Source of the DNA: Pseudomonadota bacterium
Lineage (GTDB): Archaea; Thermoplasmatota; SW-10-69-26; JACQPN01; JAJPHT01
DNA: 64,000 bases
Direction of reading: 5' to 3'
Assembly: GCA_021325135.1 (NCBI GenBank)
Contig: JAJPHT010000046.1
Span: 128,001-192,000, forward strand
Both the position numbers and the translations under genes were made by a program. Position 1 is the stretch's first letter; the number at the start of each line of letters is the position of its first letter. The notes under the pieces are model-generated. The model did no database searches and was not told the origin of the DNA. It saw only the letters and a program-made list of their open reading frames with translations. Positions 57,493 to 64,000 of this stretch are shown piece by piece.

Positions 57493-58854
57493 GTGAGCCC
57501 GCCCCTCGTCTCCATCCGCAGCGTCCTCTCGGGCCAGCACACCGGCCAGAAGGTCCACCTGCGCGGCTGGATCCACCGCTACCGCACCAGCGGCAAGATC
57601 GTCTTCGCCACGCTGCGCGACGCGACGGGCACCCTCCAGACGACGACGAAGAAGGGCGTCGCCGACGACGCGTCGTTCGAGGAGGCCCTCAAGGGGAGCA
57701 TCGAGGCCTCGGTGGAGCTGACCGGCACGGTCAAGGCGGACGAGCGCGCGCCGGGCGGCTTCGAGGTGGGCGTCGAGCAGTTCCACCTCGTGGGAAGCTC
57801 CCACGACTTCCCCATCTACGAGAGCACCGTGGACGCCGACGCGCAGGAGACGCTCCTGGACAAGCGCCACCTCTTCCTGCGCAGCCGCCACCTGGCCAAC
57901 GCCATGATCCTGCGCGCGAAGACGCTCAAGGCCTTCCGCGAGTGGTTCGACGAGCACGGCTTCTTCGAGACGACGCCCAGCGTCATCACCACCAACAACT
58001 GCGAAGGCGGCAGCGAGGTCTTCGAGTTCGACTACTTCGGCCAGAAGGCCTTCCTCAGCCAGAGCAGCCAGCTCTACCTCGAAGCGCTGGTGTTCGGCCT
58101 GGAGCGCGTCTACTGCCTGCTGCCCAGCTTCCGCGCCGAGAAGAGCCGCACCCGCAAGCACCTCACCGAGTTCCAGCACCTGGAGGCCGAGGAGGCCTGG
58201 GTGGACAACAAGGGCAACATGGAGATCCAGGAGCAGCTCGTCTCCTACGTCGCGCGTCGCGTCGCCGACACCGCAGAGGAGCAGCTCGTCGCCCTGGGCC
58301 GCGAGCCGGCGGACCTGCGCAAGGTCACGACGCCGTTCAAGCGCCACACCTACGACGAGGCCATCTCGCTGCTGCGCAAGAAGGACTACGACCGCGGCCG
58401 CGACGCCAAGGGGCGCAGGCGCGGCGCCATCGAGTGGGGCGAGGACCTGGGCGCGCCCGACGAGGCCGCGCTGGTGGAGGGCGAGGAGAAGCCCGTCTTC
58501 GTCATGAACTGGCCCGCCGACATGAAGGCCTTCTACATGCACAGCAACGGCGACGGCACCGTGGCCAACGCCGACATGATCGCGCCCTTCGGCTTCGGCG
58601 AGATCATCGGCGGCAGCCAGCGCAGCACCGACGTCGAGTGGATGAAGGGGCGCCTCGTGGAGCAGGCCAAGCGCGACGGCACCGCGCTGGACCTCAACGC
58701 CTACGAGTGGTACTTCGACCTGCGCCGCTACGGCAGCGTGCCCCACGCCGGCTTCGGCCTGGGCACCGAGCGCGTCGTCCGGTGGCTGGGCAACCTGGAC
58801 CACATCCGCGACGCGACCCCCTTCCCCCGGACGCCGAGCCGCGCGTACCCGTAG
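57493..58854 (+). CDS. asnS: asparagine--tRNA ligase
   Basis: CEGGSEVF, LSQSSQLYLE, SFRAEKSRTRKHLTEF, GEIIGGSQR, YGSVPHAGFGLG. Confidence 0.95.
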   Translation: MSPPLVSIRSVLSGQHTGQKVHLRGWIHRYRTSGKIVFATLRDATGTLQTTTKKGVADDASFEEALKGSIEASVELTGTVKADERAPGGFEVGVEQFHLVGSSHDFPIYESTVDADAQETLLDKRHLFLRSRHLANAMILRAKTLKAFREWFDEHGFFETTPSVITTNNCEGGSEVFEFDYFGQKAFLSQSSQLYLEALVFGLERVYCLLPSFRAEKSRTRKHLTEFQHLEAEEAWVDNKGNMEIQEQLVSYVARRVADTAEEQLVALGREPADLRKVTTPFKRHTYDEAISLLRKKDYDRGRDAKGRRRGAIEWGEDLGAPDEAALVEGEEKPVFVMNWPADMKAFYMHSNGDGTVANADMIAPFGFGEIIGGSQRSTDVEWMKGRLVEQAKRDGTALDLNAYEWYFDLRRYGSVPHAGFGLGTERVVRWLGNLDHIRDATPFPRTPSRAYP

Positions 58855-58880
58855 GCGAGGACGCCGACGGACGTGGCAGG

Positions 58881-58935
58881 GTCACGTGACCGGTCACGTG
58901 ACGCGGTCGGCTGCATCACGTGACCGGTCACGTGA
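58881..58935. repeat. two perfect palindromes built from four TCACGTGA units
   Basis: GTCACGTGACCGGTCACGTGAC 58881-58902 and TCACGTGACCGGTCACGTGA 58916-58935. Confidence 0.95.
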
Positions 58936-59020
58936 ACCACGGACCCCCCTTTGGCGCCCGTGGCGCGTCGGCGTTTGCCGCAGGGCCGCGAAGCGCGGGA
59001 CCGCCCAACCCAGCCCCCGC

Positions 59021-59689
59021 TCAGCACGCCACGTTGTAGGCGAGCCCGTCGGAGCCCACGACGCCCCCGATGGAGCCCGCGGGGTCGGCGACGATGTCGT
59101 TCCATGTGGTGGGGTCGGAGTCCGAGGGGAGGGGCACGCCGCCCACGCTGCGGACGTTGGTGACCTGCGCGAGGCCGATGGTGGCGACGACGGTCTTCGC
59201 GCTGGGGCACTGGAAGACCTCGCCGAAGATCTTGACCTCCGCGTTGGTGCTGAAGAAGCCGCTGCTGGCGGACGCGCTGCCGTCGTAGGCGAACCAGTAC
59301 GCCTGCGCGCGGTTCGCCAGCGTGCGCGTGCCCTGCGCCGGCGAGCCGGAGAGCGAGATGCCCTGCGCGGTGGCGGAGTCGCGGATGCGCTGCGAGAGGT
59401 CCTTCCGCACGGTGTCCTCGTTGGGCCGCAGCAGCTCGCGCAGCGTCCGCACGGCGAGCTGCCCCTGATAGCCCGACCCCGAGCCTGCGGGGTGGTCGTA
59501 CACGAGGACCTGGCTCTTGGAGAACGCGCTCCCCGAGGGCGCCCCCTGGGAGGCGGTGGCGTTCTTCTGCCAGCCGTTCCCGCCTGCGCCCTCCAGCAGG
59601 CGGTCGGGCACGCGCGCGGGCCGCAGGTCGAGGCAGCCCGGGAGCGCCAGGGCCGCGGCCAGGAGGAGGGCGAGGAGCCGGAGGCGCAC
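59021..59689 (-). CDS. putative lipoprotein
   Basis: VRLRLLALLLAAALALPGC lipobox-like N-terminus. Confidence 0.75.
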   Translation of the reverse strand: MRLRLLALLLAAALALPGCLDLRPARVPDRLLEGAGGNGWQKNATASQGAPSGSAFSKSQVLVYDHPAGSGSGYQGQLAVRTLRELLRPNEDTVRKDLSQRIRDSATAQGISLSGSPAQGTRTLANRAQAYWFAYDGSASASSGFFSTNAEVKIFGEVFQCPSAKTVVATIGLAQVTNVRSVGGVPLPSDSDPTTWNDIVADPAGSIGGVVGSDGLAYNVAC

Positions 59690-59746
59690 GCGTCGCCACC
59701 GCAGGGCCGGGAAAAGAACCTTTTCGGAGGCCGCCCGTGCCGCCGC

Positions 59747-60271
59747 GTGATCGAGTTCGAGGTGAAGGCCCCCGTCCCCCCGGAGCGGGTCGACGCCCTG
59801 CGCGCCATGCTCGGACCCCCGCGGAGGGTCGAGGAGCACGAGGACGCGTACTACGCGCACCCGTGCCGCGACTTCGCCGCCACCGACGAGGCGCTGCGCC
59901 TCTCGCGCCGCGGCGGGCGCGCCGACCTCACCTACAAGGGGCCCCGGCTCGACGCCCGCACCAAGGCGCGCCGCGAGATCGTGCTGCCCGTGGCGGACGA
60001 GCGCGCCGCGCAGGCCCTCGTCGAGGCGCTGGGGTTCCGCCCCTCCCTCGTCGTGCGCAAGCGCCGCTCCCTCCACGAGGCGCAAGGCTTCGAGGTCGCG
60101 CTGGACGAGGTCCCGCCCCTGGGGCACTTCGTCGAGGTCGAGCGCCAGCTCCCGGAGGGCTCGGACCGCGCGGCCGCCGAGCGCGAGGCAATGGCGCTCC
60201 TCGCGTCGTGGGGCCTTGTCCACACCGAGCGGCGCAGCTACCTGGAGATGCTCCTGGAGGCGCGCCAGTGA
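59747..60271 (+). CDS. cyaB: class IV adenylate cyclase (CYTH)
   Basis: IEFEVK, DAYYAHPCRDFAATDEALRL, TYKGP, LGHFVEVE, RSYLE. Confidence 0.92.
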   Translation: MIEFEVKAPVPPERVDALRAMLGPPRRVEEHEDAYYAHPCRDFAATDEALRLSRRGGRADLTYKGPRLDARTKARREIVLPVADERAAQALVEALGFRPSLVVRKRRSLHEAQGFEVALDEVPPLGHFVEVERQLPEGSDRAAAEREAMALLASWGLVHTERRSYLEMLLEARQ

Positions 60272-60693
60272 AGGCCCTCCTCGTCGCGGCCGCGCTCCTC
60301 CTGGCCGGCTGCGCCGCCCCGCCGCGCGACCCCTACGCGGGCCGCGCGCCTGCCGGCACGCAGACGCAGACGCTGGTGGTGCCGCGCCAGCAGTTCGCGC
60401 ACCCCACCTTCGGCGCGCCCTCGCCGGTCCACGCGCGCGTGACGTGGAACTCCTCGCAGCGCATCGACGCGTGGATCACGGGCGACTTCGAGCACGACTG
60501 CGCGGGGTACGGCCTGCGCACGTTCCACCCCGCCGCGGCGATGCTCAACTCCACTGGCGGCGTCCTGGAGGCCGACCTCCCGGCGGGGACCGACTGCCTG
60601 ATCCTCGACAACGCGGACTTCGCCGGGGGCCAGGCGCCCGCGGGGCCCGATGCCACCGTGAGCTTCACCATCGACGTGTGGGTCCGGGGATAG
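60268..60693 (+). CDS. putative lipoprotein
   Basis: VKALLVAAALLLAGC lipobox; GTGA overlap with cyaB. Confidence 0.78.
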   Translation: MKALLVAAALLLAGCAAPPRDPYAGRAPAGTQTQTLVVPRQQFAHPTFGAPSPVHARVTWNSSQRIDAWITGDFEHDCAGYGLRTFHPAAAMLNSTGGVLEADLPAGTDCLILDNADFAGGQAPAGPDATVSFTIDVWVRG

Positions 60694-60956
60694 CCCGCCG
60701 GCTTGCAAGGGGTCGCTTGCGGCGCCAAGACGCCCGGAAAACCGGAGGTTGGATCAACGCGCGCGACCATGAGGGCCCCATGGCACTCTCCGCCCCCAGG
60801 TTCTCCGACAACCCCCAGCACCCCAGCCTCCGCGAGGCGCGCATCGAGAGCGACCGCCCCCAGCGCGACCCCGGCATGGCCGCCTCCCCGCGCCCGCGCG
60901 CCTCGGAGACGGGGCCGCCCCTCGCGCCCTCCGCTGGCGGGCCCGCGGAGCCCACC

Positions 60957-61427
60957 ATGCGGACCATGACGCGGGCCGAGATCGATCAGTTCGTCGACCA
61001 GGGCAGCTTCGCGATCCTCTCGCTGGCGGGAGGAGACGCCGCCTACGGCGTGCCGCTGTTCTACGGCACGGACGGATACGCCATCTACTTCCAGACGCGC
61101 GCGGGCCTCAAGACGCCCTACCTGCGCGCGACGCGCGAGGCGTGCCTCACCATCTCGCGCATCCGCAGCCACGAGGAATGGGCGAGCGTCCAGCTCCTGG
61201 GCTCCATCGAGGTCGTGGACGCGGCGGCGCGCGGCTCGCAGTCGCGCAACGCCCTCGTGGGCATCCCGCCTCCGCTGGACTGGTGGGAGAGCGACGAGCG
61301 CGCCGGAAGCGCAGAGCCCCCCGGGCTCACCACCTACCGCCTCGTCCCCCGCAAGCTCATCGGGCGCTACAGCATGCCCGCCGAGGGGACCGCGACCGAG
61401 CGCAACGCCGGCTTCGAGGGGATGTGA
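60957..61427 (+). CDS. pyridoxamine 5'-phosphate oxidase/NimA-like flavin-binding protein
   Basis: MTRAEID...AYGVPLFY...IYF...GLK...ACLTI...WASVQ; start may be further upstream (60876 or 60780). Confidence 0.82.
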   Translation: MRTMTRAEIDQFVDQGSFAILSLAGGDAAYGVPLFYGTDGYAIYFQTRAGLKTPYLRATREACLTISRIRSHEEWASVQLLGSIEVVDAAARGSQSRNALVGIPPPLDWWESDERAGSAEPPGLTTYRLVPRKLIGRYSMPAEGTATERNAGFEGM

Positions 61428-61428
61428 C

Positions 61429-61794
61429 GTGCGCGTCCGCGACCTCATGACCACGCCCGCGTTCTGCCTCCACCCGGCCGACACGTTCGCGCACGCCCGC
61501 GCGGAGGCCCTCGGACGCCACGTCCATCAGCTTCCGGTCGTGGACGGCGAGGGCCGCCTCGTGGGCATGCTGGCGCCTTCCGAGGTGCCGGCGCCGCGCG
61601 AGCGAAGCCAGTCTCCCGTCTCGCGCCTGATGGAGACGGGACGGCTCGCGCTGCGCCCCGAGATGACCGCCTCCGAGGGGCGCAGCCTCCTGGAAGCGGC
61701 CCACGTCCAGTCGGCGCCCGTCCTCTCCCGCAGGCGCGTCGTGGGCATGATCACGCTGCGCGACCTTGCGCGCGCGGAGGCGAGCGCCCCGTGA
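61429..61794 (+). CDS. CBS-pair protein
   Basis: VRDLMT, QLPVVDGEGRLVGM, VSRLM, PV...VVGMITLRDL. Confidence 0.88.
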   Translation: MRVRDLMTTPAFCLHPADTFAHARAEALGRHVHQLPVVDGEGRLVGMLAPSEVPAPRERSQSPVSRLMETGRLALRPEMTASEGRSLLEAAHVQSAPVLSRRRVVGMITLRDLARAEASAP

Positions 61795-61889
61795 GCCCCG
61801 CGGCGCTGTGGCTGGCCTTCCGCGCGTCGTGACGCGACAAGCCCCGCCACGTGCGAATCTTCAAGCGGCCGACGCCACGTGGCCGTCGT

Positions 61890-62378
61890 ATGCCCCATCT
61901 GCCCGCCACGCGCGCCATGGGCGAGAGCCGCGCGAGCATGGTCCGCCTCATGATGCCCTCGGACGCGAACCCGCACGGCAACGTGCACGGCGGCGTCATC
62001 ATGAAGTTCGTGGACGAGGTGGCGGGCATCGTCGCGCACCGGCACGCGCGGCGCAACGTCGTCACGGCGCGCCTCGACCGCATGGACTTCCTGGAGCCCG
62101 TCTTCGTGGGCAACGCGCTGACGCTGGACGCGCGCCTCGCCTACACGGGCCGCACCAGCATGGAGGTCATGGTGGACATCCGTGCCGAGAACCTGGACAC
62201 GGGCGAGGTCGTGCACACCGGCACCGCGTGGCTCACCATGATCGCCCTCAACGAGCGCGGCCGCCCCGTGCCCGTCCCTCCCGTGGTCGCGGAGACCGAG
62301 GACGAGAAGGCGCTCCACGAACTGGCGCGGCTCCGCTACGAGGCGAGGCGCGCGGAGAGGAAGGGCGCGAAGCAGTGA
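61890..62378 (+). CDS. acyl-CoA thioesterase (YciA-like hotdog fold)
   Basis: MMPSDANPHGNVHGG, VVTA, FLEPV, YTGRTSMEV. Confidence 0.92.
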   Translation: MPHLPATRAMGESRASMVRLMMPSDANPHGNVHGGVIMKFVDEVAGIVAHRHARRNVVTARLDRMDFLEPVFVGNALTLDARLAYTGRTSMEVMVDIRAENLDTGEVVHTGTAWLTMIALNERGRPVPVPPVVAETEDEKALHELARLRYEARRAERKGAKQ

Positions 62379-62429
62379 CGCGCCTGGCCTGTTAGGAAGG
62401 GTTATCTCCTTCCCCGGGAACGGCCTCGC

Positions 62430-63110
62430 GTGCTCGAGGAGGCTTTGGGGCCGGAGGCTGGCGACGAGGAGGAGCGGGGGTCCCGCGTGGGAGGGCCCGA
62501 GCGCGTCCGCGTCCTCATGGAGCAGTACGACATCCTCAGCGCCGAGCTCCGGGTCCTGCGCGCCTCCTACGACCGCGTCCTGGGGCTGGGCATGGTGGCC
62601 CTGGCGGCCCTCTACGTCTACGGCGTGAAGGAGAACCTCTCCCCCATCGTCGTGGGCCACCCCGTGCTGCTCTTCGCCCTGCTCCTGTTCATGATGGACA
62701 TGATGAACCTCACCATGGCGCTGGGCGCGCACAAGCAGGCGCTGGAGCACCTCGTCAACGCGGAGCTTGGGGGGAACCTCGTGGCCTGGGAGAAGATCGC
62801 GCACACGCACGTCCATCGCGGCCCCTACGCCATGCTGGGCGTCATGGTGGTCTACGTCAGCTTCATCGCGTTCTCCGTCTACACGTCCCTCACCACGGCC
62901 TACGCCACCGCCCCCGCCCCCCTCTTCTGGGGCTTCGCCGCGTTCCTCGGCGTGCTCGCGGTGTGGACCGTCGTGAGCTGGATGATCTCCTGGGACCGGT
63001 ACGACAAGGTGCTCCAGGAGTCCCTCCGGCACGCCAGCGGGCCGCTTGCGCCCTGGCCCGAGGGGACGGCTCCCCGCGAGGTCCCCGTGAAGACGCCGCC
63101 AACGCGCTAG
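62430..63110 (+). CDS. hypothetical 4-TM membrane protein
   Basis: Four hydrophobic segments after EQYDILSAEL; TTATCT about 22 nt upstream. Confidence 0.75.
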   Translation: MLEEALGPEAGDEEERGSRVGGPERVRVLMEQYDILSAELRVLRASYDRVLGLGMVALAALYVYGVKENLSPIVVGHPVLLFALLLFMMDMMNLTMALGAHKQALEHLVNAELGGNLVAWEKIAHTHVHRGPYAMLGVMVVYVSFIAFSVYTSLTTAYATAPAPLFWGFAAFLGVLAVWTVVSWMISWDRYDKVLQESLRHASGPLAPWPEGTAPREVPVKTPPTR

Positions 63111-63880
63111 ATCAGCTCGCGCACCCGCGCGTCCAGCGCGGTGCGGCGGGCGCGCTCGTGGTGGTCGGGCTCTCCGCGCGCGGGGCGCGTGGCGGCGAAG
63201 ATGCCTGCCGCCGCGACGAGTCCGAGGAAGTGCTCCACGAGGCGCCACGTGGGCGTGGGGCCGTTGAGCACGACGAGGATCTCCGGGACGAAGAAGAGGA
63301 CGAGGCTCCCCGAGGTGAGGAGCACGCGGCGGCGCGCGTCGCGGTCGCGGGCGAGGCGCAGCAGGCTCGCGTACCCCAGGGCGGCCAGGAGGGGCGGGCC
63401 CAGGAGGAGGACCACCAGCGCGGCCCAGACGGGGGCGACCTGCGGGCGGGCGAAGTCGAGGACGAGGCTCCACTCGTTCTCGTGGTGGCCGATGGGCCCG
63501 CGCCAGCCCAGGTAGGTGGCCCAGGCGCCGACGAGGCCGACGTAGCCCGCGCCCACGAGCCAGCGCGCGCCGGGGCGGCCGGTGAAGATGACGAGGAGAT
63601 AGCAGACGAGGCCCGCGAAGCTGCCGCAGAGGGAGAGGAGCTTGGCCTGCTGGATGGCGAGGTCGATGGGGAGCGTGCGCAGGCCCGCGAGGTGGAGGAG
63701 CGTCCACGTCGCGTCCGCGGCGGCATAGGCCGCGGCGCCCAGCCAGAAGGCGGCGAAGGCGCGCAGCGCGCTGGCCTCGGGCGTCGTGGCGCGACGGGCG
63801 GTGCGCCACCCGGCGAGGGCGAGGAGCACGGCCCCGGCCAGGCCCAGGCTGGCCCCGCCCAGGAGCGTCGCGTCGCTCAT
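63107..63880 (-). CDS. stand-alone 7-TM membrane protein; paralogue of 13116-13886
   Basis: About seven hydrophobic segments; shared motifs with 13116-13886. Confidence 0.8.
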   Translation of the reverse strand: MSDATLLGGASLGLAGAVLLALAGWRTARRATTPEASALRAFAAFWLGAAAYAAADATWTLLHLAGLRTLPIDLAIQQAKLLSLCGSFAGLVCYLLVIFTGRPGARWLVGAGYVGLVGAWATYLGWRGPIGHHENEWSLVLDFARPQVAPVWAALVVLLLGPPLLAALGYASLLRLARDRDARRRVLLTSGSLVLFFVPEILVVLNGPTPTWRLVEHFLGLVAAAGIFAATRPARGEPDHHERARRTALDARVRELI

Positions 63881-63944
63881 CGGGGGCGCCTCCGCGACAC
63901 GCCTATTTGAACGTCGCTGCGCGGGGGCCTCGCCTGGGCGCCCC

Positions 63945-64000
63945 TCAGGCGGCGGGCGCGCCGCCGACGTAGCACGACTGGTGGGCGTAGGGCACCTTGT
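63945..64000 (-). CDS. 3' end of an unidentified gene entering from the window edge
   Basis: Minus strand reads ...KVPYAHQSCYVGGAPAA*. Confidence 0.4.
   Translation of the reverse strand, partial: KVPYAHQSCYVGGAPAA

Overview
This is a very GC-rich (roughly 70% by eye) chromosomal segment. Its core genes are archaeal: PAC2 proteasome chaperone, mfnA, archaeal hpt, dph2, archaeal-type GluRS, ATP-dependent DNA ligase, class IV adenylate cyclase and an archaeal vapBC. Most genes appear leaderless, with a TATA-like hexamer about 25 nt before the start. A high-GC Thermoplasmatota-like euryarchaeon is my inference. Housekeeping and metabolic genes (truA, maeB, ALDH7, aguA/aguB, NAD-FDH, DEAD helicase, acyl-CoA enzymes, asnS) are interspersed with many secreted Cys-rich or Ig-domain proteins. 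The strongest candidates for undescribed biology are: (1) a stand-alone 1444-aa nuclease + P-loop NTPase + ~16 Trp-rich repeat protein resembling an Avs/STAND immune sensor (38361-42695); (2) a three-gene module of a tandem-wHTH/degenerate class II aldolase fusion, a divergent class II LysRS and a Trbp111-like tRNA-binding protein (51523-55815); (3) a tandem array of five small secreted 4-Cys paralogues (55882-57397). Other notable items are a NucS-N/HRDC fusion, a split and reversed ChrB with three palindromic operators, an in-frame duplicated HbYX tail, and several intergenic palindromes and hairpins. I recognised no rRNA, tRNA, CRISPR array or transposase. All family assignments come from motif recognition by eye, not database searches.
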